This document shows positions 1-8,195 of a stretch of DNA of 64,000 nucleotides, in pieces. This stretch comes from Aigarchaeota archaeon (GTDB lineage: Archaea > Thermoproteota > Nitrososphaeria_A > Caldarchaeales > Calditenuaceae): contig JANXDH010000004.1 in the NCBI GenBank assembly GCA_025059745.1, positions 47,783-111,782 of the forward strand, read 5' to 3'. Made by a program: the position numbers and the translations under genes. Position 1 is the first letter of the stretch, and each line of letters starts with the position of its first letter. The notes beneath the pieces were generated by a model that saw only the letters and a program-made list of their open reading frames with translations, did no database searches and had not been told where the DNA came from.

Positions 1-526
1 CGCCGACGGGTATTCCGCCCGGACCATCGAACGTCTTCCACGTCAATAGGAACCTGTCCTCGAGTAGGGTGATGTGGATGGTGAGCTGGGGGGCCTTCAA
101 GTCGACTCCAAGCCCCGTGGCGGAGCAGATGTGGTGACCGAGTGTCCTCTCCATCTCGATTGACGTTGAGGGGAAAGACTTGTCCACGCGCTTCACGTCG
201 AGCTTGAAAGTCCCCTGACAGTGCTCCCTTACGACGTCCATTGAGAGCGACTTTAGCAGGTTCAGATCCCTCGGTATCGACCAGCCCAGACCGGCCCACC
301 TCACCCCGAACGTTTTAGCTATCCTTGGTGCAGCTTCGATCGCCGAGCTCACGTCATCGAAGCTCAGTGTTATCCTACCGGGCAGGATCTCCATTCTAAC
401 GCTAGAATCGAGAAGGTCTCGCAGATTTTGAAGCAACGATACCTCGTACTTCCTCCGGTTACCTTTCTTCAGGGAGATCTCGGAGTACCGGACCTCTACG
501 ATGGGAATAGCTCTCGACTCCTGCAA
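1..526 (-). CDS. thiI: ThiI-like tRNA 4-thiouridine synthase, N-terminal ferredoxin-like/THUMP part (gene runs off the left edge)
   Basis: Not in the ORF track. My own minus-strand translation is open from ~526 to base 1. It reads ...VEVRYSEISLKKGNRRKYE...GTFKLDVKRVDKSFPSTSIEMERTLG...TFDGPGGIPVG, a typical ThiI N-terminus/THUMP pattern. There is no in-frame ATG, and TTG at 526 is the most plausible start. Confidence 0.6.
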   Translation of the reverse strand, partial: MQESRAIPIVEVRYSEISLKKGNRRKYEVSLLQNLRDLLDSSVRMEILPGRITLSFDDVSSAIEAAPRIAKTFGVRWAGLGWSIPRDLNLLKSLSMDVVREHCQGTFKLDVKRVDKSFPSTSIEMERTLGHHICSATGLGVDLKAPQLTIHITLLEDRFLLTWKTFDGPGGIPVG

Positions 527-576
527 GGCCTCTACGGTGTAGTCGCTTAAACCTTCTTATAGTTATAACCCGTTGA

Positions 577-1830
577 GTGATGCGTCTGATGGAGGTTTAC
601 GGCGAGCTCAACCGTGAGCTGCGGCTGGAGAGGGTGGACTGCGAGGTATGTGAGGGGGTTCCTAGGAGGTGCAGACTCGAGAGTTGCCCATTCTACGCGC
701 ACCTGATCGATCTGTCTAAGCGGCTCGCCTCTAAAGAGTCGTATGTCTCCGGTTTCACGCCCCCGAACGTACTGGTTGGTAAAGCGGGTTACCCGAGGGT
801 GCAGGTGGGTCCGGCGGTCTCGCCGAATGACGACTTGAGGAGTGCACTCACGTCCCAACCATCCGTCTGGCTTGACAGGAGTATAGACGAGTTGTTGACC
901 GCTAGGCTGAGTCTTCTGCTCACCAGGAGACAGATGAGGGTCACTGAGGTCAGAGATTGGAACAGAATCTTTGAGGCCATAGCACTTTCAAGTATGTCGC
1001 TGAAACCCGTTGACTTGGAGGTTAAGGTAATAGGTAGTCCCGCTCTCAGACCGCACTTCTTCGCAAGATCCCACCCTTACGGTCCCTCTGCTAGATTGTC
1101 TGAGGTCAAGGTCGTGAGTAACGTGAGAGTCCCGAGAGCGGTCGATGACCTGGCCCATGAGCGCGGCTTGAGAGTGGCGGACGCGGTCAAAGAGCTCTGC
1201 GAGAGAGGATATGATGAGTATTACATCACTCGTCTCCTCTCTATCGGTGTTCTTGGAACCCTGAGGGACAGGAGGCTCGTCCCGACGGAGTGGAGTATAA
1301 CGGCCACTGATGATATCGTCTCGAGGATTTACTTGAAGGGGATGAGGGACTACAACGCGATACATGATTTTCAGTTGTACAGTTCTAGCGTGTTACATAA
1401 CAAGGCCTTCGTTATCCTATTGCCCACTCCATGGATGTATGAGCTATTGGAGGGGTGGGTGCGGTTCTTCAGCATCTACTCCGACTACGAGATATTAAGA
1501 CCGAGGAGGGACTACGCCGACAACACCGGAGGGGCCTTCTACGCGGTGAGGTTAGGGTTAGTTAAGTCACTCTCAAGACTACGCAAGAGGGCCGGCGCGT
1601 TGGTGATATTCGAGATCGGTGAGGGGTGGGTACCGCTGGGGGTGTGGAGGTTCAGGGAGCTGGTAAAGAGGGCCTTGGCCTCGAAACCGGAGGTTCATGA
1701 GACGCTCGATGAGGCCCTGAAGTCCGTGAGGGCGAGACTAGAGTTGCCGCTCGACCTGTACCTTTCGAAGAGCAGGCTCTATAAGCTCCTTAGAACGCAA
1801 CGTAGGTTAGATGAGTACCTCGACCAGTAG
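577..1830 (+). CDS. nreA: NreA-like archaeal DNA repair protein (DUF650/DUF651 family) with C-terminal PIP box
   Basis: 417-aa ORF. The N-terminal Cys cluster is CEVCEG..C..ESCP, followed by FTPPNVLVGKAGYPRVQVGP, as in COG1602/Nre proteins. The extreme C-terminus QRRLDEYL fits the PCNA-interaction consensus Qxx(L/I/M)xx(F/Y)(F/Y/L). Confidence 0.55.
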   Translation: MMRLMEVYGELNRELRLERVDCEVCEGVPRRCRLESCPFYAHLIDLSKRLASKESYVSGFTPPNVLVGKAGYPRVQVGPAVSPNDDLRSALTSQPSVWLDRSIDELLTARLSLLLTRRQMRVTEVRDWNRIFEAIALSSMSLKPVDLEVKVIGSPALRPHFFARSHPYGPSARLSEVKVVSNVRVPRAVDDLAHERGLRVADAVKELCERGYDEYYITRLLSIGVLGTLRDRRLVPTEWSITATDDIVSRIYLKGMRDYNAIHDFQLYSSSVLHNKAFVILLPTPWMYELLEGWVRFFSIYSDYEILRPRRDYADNTGGAFYAVRLGLVKSLSRLRKRAGALVIFEIGEGWVPLGVWRFRELVKRALASKPEVHETLDEALKSVRARLELPLDLYLSKSRLYKLLRTQRRLDEYLDQ

Positions 1831-1831
1831 A

Positions 1832-2242
1832 TCAGCAGTACCTCTTCTCCTCTATCCTCTTATCGATCCATATCGTCTCGTACCTCTCGACCTTCGGTAT
1901 GATGCAGAGGAATTCAGCGGCCTCATCGGTCCTGTTCCAGTATCCGTGCACGGTCTCGGGCGGTATGAAGGTAACATAGCCTTGCCTGACCTCGACTTCT
2001 TCATCACCGAGCCTCATGGTGTAACGACCTTTCAATACGTACTGGACGTGTTCTATGTCAGGGTGCTTGTGCAATGGTATCTCTCCTCCGGGTAATATCG
2101 TGAACTTCCGCATCTCGAGATTCTTCGAGCCGTCAGTCCTGTCTATCAACCACTGGATGTATACCCGCTTGGCCCTCTCGACCTCGCGCGGTAGCACATC
2201 GGACTCGCTCTTGATTACCACGGTAACAGGAATGCGGTTCAT
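1832..2242 (-). CDS. cupin domain protein
   Basis: 136-aa ORF with the cupin_2 metal motif GGEIPLHKHPDIEHVQYVLKG...VHGY. Confidence 0.7.
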   Translation of the reverse strand: MNRIPVTVVIKSESDVLPREVERAKRVYIQWLIDRTDGSKNLEMRKFTILPGGEIPLHKHPDIEHVQYVLKGRYTMRLGDEEVEVRQGYVTFIPPETVHGYWNRTDEAAEFLCIIPKVERYETIWIDKRIEEKRYC

Positions 2243-2291
2243 GCGATATTAGCGTTTCTATTCGATCCTCTCCGTCTCAAAAAGGTTTTAA

Positions 2292-2633
2292 TTGACTTCT
2301 ACGATAGTTTACCAGATGGAGGATAATCAGCAGGCTAGGTACTGGGCGAAACTTCATTACTCCGCGACCGGAGAGGTGGTGCTCGCCGCATGTGACCTCA
2401 CCCTACTCGGCAGGATGATCCCTGTATCGGAAGATCACGTCATAGAGGTCTCTGAGGAGTTTTACATGGGTCAATCGATCAATTGGGACCAGTTGCTGAT
2501 ATTGATAGAGAAGGCGACGATAATTAACCTGCTCGGAGATGAGGTGGTCACGAGGGCGATAGAGCACAAGATACTCGCTCCGGAGGCGGTCCTGAAGGTG
2601 GGGGGAGTCAGTCACGCCCAGATCATGCTATGA
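2292..2633 (+). CDS. DUF424 family protein (archaea-conserved, unknown function)
   Basis: 113-aa ORF. The pattern VLAACDLTLLG...FYMG...INLLGDEVV...GGVSHAQI matches my memory of COG2412/DUF424. The start is uncertain: TTG at 2292 or the internal ATG. Confidence 0.55.
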   Translation: MTSTIVYQMEDNQQARYWAKLHYSATGEVVLAACDLTLLGRMIPVSEDHVIEVSEEFYMGQSINWDQLLILIEKATIINLLGDEVVTRAIEHKILAPEAVLKVGGVSHAQIML

Positions 2634-3091
2634 GTAAGGCCGATGAGGTCCTTACGGAGATCACGTCCCTGCTCAAGTCCAACAAGATAAAGATCACTCC
2701 ACAGAGGTTGCTGATCGCTGAGGCCCTTATAAAATTGGGTCACCCCACCATCTCCGAGATCTACAGGTACGCGGCTGAACGGTCACCGCTCATAGGCTTG
2801 GCCACAGTCTACAGGACAATACACCTGTTCAAGAAATTTGGGCTGATAGGTGAGCTGACTAAGATGAGGGGGCGCACTAGGTTCGAGGTTAGGAACTCGC
2901 TCCACATGAACGTCGAGTGTATATTCTGTGGAAATATAACCGATATCCATTCCCCGCTTCTCAAGAGGGCGCTCAGCTCTTTGAAGAGGGAGGGAGTTAA
3001 AGTGATCGACTGTGAGGTGCTCATCAAGAGCGTGTGCGATAATTGTCACAAAAAGATCAAGATAGCGAGATCGTTGAAGAGCGTTATTTAA
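2630..3091 (+). CDS. Fur family transcriptional regulator (PerR/Fur-like)
   Basis: 153 aa. It has a winged-helix ITPQRLLIAEAL...ISEIY...ATVYRTIHLFKKFGLI and C-terminal CxxC...CxxC metal sites. It overlaps the DUF424 stop by 4 nt (ATGA). Confidence 0.75.
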   Translation: MSKADEVLTEITSLLKSNKIKITPQRLLIAEALIKLGHPTISEIYRYAAERSPLIGLATVYRTIHLFKKFGLIGELTKMRGRTRFEVRNSLHMNVECIFCGNITDIHSPLLKRALSSLKREGVKVIDCEVLIKSVCDNCHKKIKIARSLKSVI

Positions 3092-3092
3092 T

Positions 3093-3116
3093 AATTATTC
3101 TCATCTGAGAATTATT
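3093..3116. promoter_or_regulatory. A/T-rich imperfect palindrome between the Fur-like gene and the Mn-catalase gene; candidate Fur/PerR operator and/or promoter element
   Basis: AATTATTCTCA-tc-TGAGAATTATT is an 11-bp inverted repeat with 1 mismatch and a 2-bp spacer. It lies ~35 nt upstream of the catalase ATG at 3149. Confidence 0.35.
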
Positions 3117-3148
3117 CTTAATAGTTCCGAGGACGGCCTTATGATGCT

Positions 3149-4045
3149 ATGTGGTTAAGGATCGATAGACTCCAGATAGAGATGCCCAAGCCGAAAGAGC
3201 CGGACCCTGACGCTGCTGCTGCCGTACAGGAACTGCTGGGTGGTAGGTTCGGAGAGATGTCGACGTTGATGAACTACACGTATCAGTCTTTCAACTTCAG
3301 GGCCCACAACAACGCCGTCATCAAGCCCTTCAGAGACCTGATAGCGAACATAGCTACCGAGGAGCTGGGACACATAGAGCTTGTCGCGGCGACTGTAAAC
3401 TTGTTGCTCCAAGGTTCTACCAAGACTTTGCCTCCAGACAAGAAGCCGCTGGAGAGGGGGAAGTCCGCGAGGAACACGTTCCACTTCATCAACACCGCGA
3501 TATCATCCTTCGTGGGCGATAGCATGGGCTCGTTCTGGCACGGCGGATACGTCTTCTCGAGCGGGAACCTGACGTTGGACCTCCTTCACAACTTCTTCTT
3601 GGAGTGCGGAGCGAGACTGGCGAAGATACGCGTCTACGAGATGACCGACAACCCAGTGGCAAGGGAGATGATCGGGTACCTGCTGGTGAGGGGTGGAGTG
3701 CACGCTACCGCGTATGGAAAGGCCCTCGAGGCGGTTACAGGCGTGGAGGTATGGAAGATGCTCCCCATACCAAAGATCGAGAACACCGAGTTTCCAGAGG
3801 CGAAGAAGTATATGGATCAGGGCGTCCACAGGAAGCTATACAGGTTCAGTCAACAAGATTACAAGGACATCGAGAGGATATGGAAGGGGCTCGCGCCGTC
3901 CGGAGACGGTAACCTAGAGGTCGTGGAGGGACCGCCAGCGGGGGGTAGCATACCTGTATTGCCCGACGTGCCCGAGGAGTTCGCGCCGGGTCTCTATAAG
4001 GATGACTTCGAGAGGATAGCGAAGAAACTGGGGATCAGCCTATAG
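3149..4045 (+). CDS. manganese catalase
   Basis: 298 aa. The N-terminus ...QELLGGRFGEMSTLMNYTYQSFNFR...ATEELGHIELVAATVN is diagnostic of the di-Mn catalase family (PF05067). Confidence 0.85.
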   Translation: MWLRIDRLQIEMPKPKEPDPDAAAAVQELLGGRFGEMSTLMNYTYQSFNFRAHNNAVIKPFRDLIANIATEELGHIELVAATVNLLLQGSTKTLPPDKKPLERGKSARNTFHFINTAISSFVGDSMGSFWHGGYVFSSGNLTLDLLHNFFLECGARLAKIRVYEMTDNPVAREMIGYLLVRGGVHATAYGKALEAVTGVEVWKMLPIPKIENTEFPEAKKYMDQGVHRKLYRFSQQDYKDIERIWKGLAPSGDGNLEVVEGPPAGGSIPVLPDVPEEFAPGLYKDDFERIAKKLGISL

Positions 4046-5632
4046 CTTGACCTGAGGCAGGTCTTTCTTTCTTTTCTCTTGAATCAGCTTGTAGGTGTAA
4101 CCATCTACGAGCGCGTTTAAGCTCGCGTCTATGATGTTCCGGGATACAGACGTCGTGCACCACCTCTTATCGGTCGATACGAACTCCACGAAGACCCTCA
4201 CCGCCGCTGCAGTACCCTCCACGCTGTCAACGACCGTGACCCGGTAGTCTGCAAGCTTGGTGTCCTCCAGAGACGGGAACTTCTTGAGGAGCGCGTTCCT
4301 CAGAGCGTTGTCCAAGGCGTGTACCGGACCCACGCCTATGCCCTCCTCCGTGAGCACCTCCCCGTTTACTTCTATGGTAACCCGAGAGGCGGCCTTGGTC
4401 TGCTCAGAGCCCTGTACCTCGACTGTCCAGTTGAGGACCGAGAAGTGGCGAGTCGCTACGCCCAGGTTTCTCATTATGAGTAACTCTACGGTCCCATCCG
4501 CGCTCTCCAAGTGGTATCCGCGCGCCTCTAATCTCTTGACCTCATCGAGTATCTTGGTAATGACGCCTCTCTCGAGGTCGGAGTATCCCATCTTGGATAT
4601 CATGTACTGGATGGTTGACCTGCCTGCTAGTTCAGATATCGAGATCCTCCTCTCGTTACCTATCAGGGCCGGGTCTATATGCTCGTACGTCCTAGGGTTC
4701 TTGAGCATGGCGTCGATGTGCACTCCGGCCTTGTGGGCAAAGGCGTTCCTTCCAACGTAAGGCCAGTTATCGGCTAATCTGACGTTCACTACGTCCGATA
4801 TGAATCGGGCCGTTGGCGTCAGGAGTTTCAGCCTCTCCTCTAGTCTGGCACCGAGGAGCGAGTAACCCATCTTCAACGCGAGCGTGGGGATGAGTTGTGA
4901 GAGGTCCGCGTTCCCACACCTCTCTCCCAGACCTATCATTGTGCCCTGTATGTGGCGTGCGCCCACAGAGACCGCGACGAGTGTGTTAGCCACCGCCAAT
5001 CCGGCGTCGTTGTGGGTGTGGATGCCTATCCTGCACTTAAGGGAGTTAGACGCAGCTCGGGTGGCCTCTCTCACCTCCTCCATCAAAGATCCACCGTTGG
5101 TATCACAGAGAGTGACTGTAGACGCGCCGGCCTCCTCTGCAACCCTGATTACCTTGAGGGTGTACCCGGGGTCTTGCTTGTACCCGTCGAAGAAGTGCTC
5201 CGCGTCGAAGATAACTTCTATTCCGTGGTCGCGTAGGAACTCCACGGACTCAGCCACCATGTCCAAGTTCTCCTCCAGCGTGCAGTTTAGGACCTCTCGT
5301 ACGTGTAGGGGCCATGACTTGCCGAAGATGACCGCTATTGGCACATCCGTCTCGACTATAGACGTGAGGGAGGGGTCGTCCCTCGCCCTGATGCCCTTCC
5401 TCCTGGTGCTTCCGAACGCGGCTATCCTACTACTCGAGAGGCCGAGGTTCTTCACGACCTTGAAGAACTCGCTGTCCTTCGGGTTTGAGCCAGGCCATCC
5501 GCCCTCAATGATGTCTATCCCCAGCTCGTCTAGCTTCTGGACTATCCTTATCTTGTCCAAAAGGGTCAGAGATACGCCTCTGGTCTGCGCGCCGTCGCGT
5601 AGGGTCGTGTCGAGGAGCTCGATGTAATCGAT
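4040..5632 (-). CDS. cimA: citramalate synthase / 2-isopropylmalate synthase family enzyme
   Basis: The track ORF is 4040-5560 with a TTG start. The conserved N-terminal ...IELLDTTLRDGAQTRGVSL motif lies in frame upstream of it, up to a TAA at ~5645-5647. GGWPGSNPKD, HTHND and the C-terminal LeuA-dimer-like region fit CimA-type enzymes. The 5' end is uncertain because no canonical start codon lies upstream of the motif; ATC at 5632 is possible. Confidence 0.75.
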   Translation of the reverse strand: MDYIELLDTTLRDGAQTRGVSLTLLDKIRIVQKLDELGIDIIEGGWPGSNPKDSEFFKVVKNLGLSSSRIAAFGSTRRKGIRARDDPSLTSIVETDVPIAVIFGKSWPLHVREVLNCTLEENLDMVAESVEFLRDHGIEVIFDAEHFFDGYKQDPGYTLKVIRVAEEAGASTVTLCDTNGGSLMEEVREATRAASNSLKCRIGIHTHNDAGLAVANTLVAVSVGARHIQGTMIGLGERCGNADLSQLIPTLALKMGYSLLGARLEERLKLLTPTARFISDVVNVRLADNWPYVGRNAFAHKAGVHIDAMLKNPRTYEHIDPALIGNERRISISELAGRSTIQYMISKMGYSDLERGVITKILDEVKRLEARGYHLESADGTVELLIMRNLGVATRHFSVLNWTVEVQGSEQTKAASRVTIEVNGEVLTEEGIGVGPVHALDNALRNALLKKFPSLEDTKLADYRVTVVDSVEGTAAAVRVFVEFVSTDKRWCTTSVSRNIIDASLNALVDGYTYKLIQEKRKKDLPQVKL

Positions 5633-5705
5633 TGGGACACCCCCTTATTTGGAAATACAGACCCGTACCTCAATTTAAAGTTTTGTAAAAGCGAGACTCG
5701 TGATG

Positions 5706-6140
5706 CTATCGGAGGTCCTCGATCTTCGTCGGGTTCTCGTGCTCTATGTAGGTGATGTGATGGAGCTCGTTTCCTATCCTCACCATGTGCTTGGATGACC
5801 TCGAGGGGAGTAATTTCCCCGAGGTACCCGCCTTGATGACGTCTTCTTTGGTCACTAGTGGCTTGTTGTCCCACTGGTGTACCTCTATCTCGGACCTGAA
5901 GTAATCGACGAAGTAGACTGGGATGTACTTGCACCCAAGCCTCTTCAGGGAGTTGTACCTGTGATGACCATCTAGTATGACCTTCGTCTTCTTGTCAGCG
6001 ATTATTGGCCTACGTAAGACTCCGCAGGAGCTTATGTCCTGTAATAGCTCCTCCAGGTGTTCAGGATCGTACCTCTCGTGCTCCTTCAGCTCCTCGAGCC
6101 TCACCAGCACTGGTCTCAGGCTGAGTATGTCCTCAACCAT
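5706..6140 (-). CDS. ParB/sulfiredoxin-like domain protein
   Basis: 144 aa. The motif PIIADKKTKVILDGHHRYNSLKRLG is the ParB/Srx-fold DGHHR signature. Confidence 0.55.
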   Translation of the reverse strand: MVEDILSLRPVLVRLEELKEHERYDPEHLEELLQDISSCGVLRRPIIADKKTKVILDGHHRYNSLKRLGCKYIPVYFVDYFRSEIEVHQWDNKPLVTKEDVIKAGTSGKLLPSRSSKHMVRIGNELHHITYIEHENPTKIEDLR

Positions 6141-6193
6141 TTCCTAAAAGAGTTTTTATCTCCCAGAATAAATATCTAAATTCGCTCAGAGGG

Positions 6194-6397
6194 TCACTTC
6201 TTGCTGGACAACCACCACTCGAGGTACTCGTCCTTCCTCCTCTTCTCCCTCTCCATCCGCTCCTTCTCGATCCTAAGCGTCTCCTTGCGTTCAACGTACT
6301 CGTTTATATTCATAGAGCTGCCACACGATTGACACACGTAACCTCTGCTGTCACGGTCATAGATCATCAGACCGCCACAGTCCAAGCAGTACGGCAA
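6194..6397 (-). CDS. small zinc-ribbon protein with basic/acidic helical tail
   Basis: 67 aa. It has CLDCG...CQSCG (a four-Cys ribbon) followed by a Lys/Glu/Arg-rich helix, resembling the COG1645/p27-type Zn-finger proteins. Confidence 0.5.
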   Translation of the reverse strand: MPYCLDCGGLMIYDRDSRGYVCQSCGSSMNINEYVERKETLRIEKERMEREKRRKDEYLEWWLSSKK

Positions 6398-6466
6398 TCC
6401 GAGACCTAGTTCCCGGCGTGCTATTTATATATATGCAAAGACTTCCATATAGGAAAAGGGGCATCG

Positions 6467-6712
6467 ATGGAGCAATTCCCCCCTTCACTCCTGATCGGTC
6501 TCATCCTAGTCGCGGTTGGACTGATCGTAATAGCGTTGGCTGTTTCTATGTTGGCCTCAAGAACGATCGGCCAAGGCAAGGGCGTTGCGGTGGTGTTGTT
6601 AGGCCCGGTACCGATCATCATGAGGGGGAACGCGACCAAGGTAGCACTGATAGCTATCCTGACAGCGATGATCTTGTTACTGTTCTACGTGGGAGGTGTC
6701 GCGTTCAGATGA
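6467..6712 (+). CDS. small two-TM membrane protein (DUF131-like)
   Basis: 81 aa with two hydrophobic helices flanking GKG..VVLLGPVPII. A TATA-like TTTATATATA at ~6424-6433 lies upstream. Confidence 0.55.
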   Translation: MEQFPPSLLIGLILVAVGLIVIALAVSMLASRTIGQGKGVAVVLLGPVPIIMRGNATKVALIAILTAMILLLFYVGGVAFR

Positions 6713-6966
6713 GTTCGAGCGAGTCGTCTTTAGCGAGGTCCTCATTTAGTACGCTCCTGATCATTGTGGGGGTTTCACTAGTAGTAATAGGAGCGGTCCT
6801 GATAATGGTACAAGGACTCGATGACTTCGACGTGATTGGACTGATACTCATAGGGCCCCTGCCCATCATACTCAGTTACGATGGTGCGTCGCTGTGGATC
6901 CCGTTGCTGCTATTGGTGGCTATCGCAGTGACGGTGTTCGTCGTTCTGGCTCGCATCAGACGGTAA
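6709..6966 (+). CDS. small two-TM membrane protein, paralogue of the preceding gene
   Basis: ATG at 6709 overlaps the upstream TGA (ATGA). The 85-aa product has the same helix-GLILIGPLPII-helix layout. The longer 6418 start in the track overlaps the previous gene out of frame. Confidence 0.5.
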   Translation: MSSSESSLARSSFSTLLIIVGVSLVVIGAVLIMVQGLDDFDVIGLILIGPLPIILSYDGASLWIPLLLLVAIAVTVFVVLARIRR

Positions 6967-7040
6967 GGAGGAGGACCAATACGCTCTCGTTAGAAGTAAT
7001 ATTTTTAACATTGTGATGCGCGAGATAAGAAGAGGAGAGG

Positions 7041-7397
7041 ATGGGGAGGAAACGCCGCAAGATCATTAAGAGGCAATCGAAGCCTTTCCCTAGGCTGTTC
7101 GTGTGTCCTATCTGTAACTTGCAATCGGTGACGGTGACGAAGGAGAGGCTTCACACAGCGACGGTCTCATGTAGCAGCTGTGGAAACTCATTAGAGGTCC
7201 CGTGGTACAGAAGTTTCATGCCTGTCGATGCCTACTCTATATGGTATGATGTCGTAACCGGTCGCAAGACTCGGGATATGATCGCGAAGGAGGTTGAGGA
7301 GGCATTGACGACGTACAGACGAGAGGAGGAGGGTGAGAGCGCAGAGCCTCTGGAGGGCGAGGCACCGGTCGATGAAGGCGAGAAGCAGATCAGTTGA
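7041..7397 (+). CDS. elf1: transcription elongation factor Elf1 homologue
   Basis: 118 aa. It has a basic N-terminus MGRKRRK, a zinc ribbon F-CPICN...CSSCG, and DAYSIWYD (Elf1 family, PF05129). The C-terminal tail is acidic. Confidence 0.75.
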   Translation: MGRKRRKIIKRQSKPFPRLFVCPICNLQSVTVTKERLHTATVSCSSCGNSLEVPWYRSFMPVDAYSIWYDVVTGRKTRDMIAKEVEEALTTYRREEEGESAEPLEGEAPVDEGEKQIS

Positions 7398-7419
7398 GCG
7401 GTACCTGCTCAATAGGATA

Positions 7420-8190
7420 TTGGAAGATGGCGCGGTACACTTAACGCTGATAGATCCGGTAGACGTATCACTGCAGGAGGCAAGAGAGGCTGCGAGGCTC
7501 GCCGAGGAGTACGGATCGACTGCCATAATGATAGGTGGCTCAACGGTCTTCTCTCAGATAGAACTCAATGAGTACGTAAAGGCCATCAAGGACTCGACCT
7601 CCCTCCCCGTGATATTGTTCCCCAGTAACGTGACGTCGGTCGTGCCTAGTGCCGATGCGATATGGTTCATGTCCTTACTCAACAGCGTTGAGTGGTACTA
7701 TCTTGTCGGAGCACAGATTCAAGGTGCTCCTTTAGTGAAGAGGTACGGACTCGAGGCTCTACCGATGGGGTACATAGTCTTCGGTGGAGAGACGGCGGTG
7801 GCGATGATGGGGAGGGTGCTGGCGCTCAATCCGACTAACGGCGAGGTCGCGTCTATCTACGCGCTAGCGGCCGAGATGATGGGTATGAGGTACGTCTACC
7901 TCGAGGCCGGTTCGGGCACCACCAACCCCATACCGCCGTCCACCATTAAGACCGTAAGGGACGCTGTTGACGTGATACTGATCGTCGGGGGCGGCATACG
8001 AACGGCCGATGCGGCTGAGGGCGCGGTCAGCTCAGGTGCTGATATAGTAGTTACGGGGAACGTCATAAGGCTCGGTTACGAGAACATGAGGGACGTCATA
8101 TCGGCCGTCCGGAGGTCTGCGACACGAACGATAGAGGGGAAGGTGGAGAGGGTCAGCCGCATACTGAGCACTGCCGTCAGTATGGGTTGA
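7420..8190 (+). CDS. geranylgeranylglyceryl phosphate synthase (PcrB/GGGPS family)
   Basis: Motifs HLTLIDP, IMIGGS, YVYLEAGSG and VGGGIR...IVVTGN are present. The frame is open from ATG 7333, but that start would overlap elf1 by 65 nt. TTG 7420 gives a typical ~256-aa protein. Confidence 0.8.
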   Translation: MEDGAVHLTLIDPVDVSLQEAREAARLAEEYGSTAIMIGGSTVFSQIELNEYVKAIKDSTSLPVILFPSNVTSVVPSADAIWFMSLLNSVEWYYLVGAQIQGAPLVKRYGLEALPMGYIVFGGETAVAMMGRVLALNPTNGEVASIYALAAEMMGMRYVYLEAGSGTTNPIPPSTIKTVRDAVDVILIVGGGIRTADAAEGAVSSGADIVVTGNVIRLGYENMRDVISAVRRSATRTIEGKVERVSRILSTAVSMG

Positions 8191-8195
8191 GTCGT

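Noticed and set aside
4257-5627. Plus-strand ORFs of 167, 247 and 94 aa inside the cimA region
   Set aside because: They lie antisense to a strongly family-like citramalate synthase frame. They are Ser/Pro/Arg-rich and low-complexity, which are typical shadow ORFs of a moderately GC-rich gene.
6418-6708. N-terminal 97 codons of the 182-aa ORF 6418-6966
   Set aside because: This part overlaps the 6467-6712 membrane-protein frame out of frame and is Arg/Gly/Pro-rich. The hydrophobic paralogue begins at ATG 6709, which overlaps the upstream stop.
7333-7419. Long form of the GGGP synthase gene starting at ATG 7333
   Set aside because: It would overlap elf1 by 65 nt and add an Arg/Ser-rich extension with no counterpart in GGGPS proteins. 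TTG 7420 gives the usual length.
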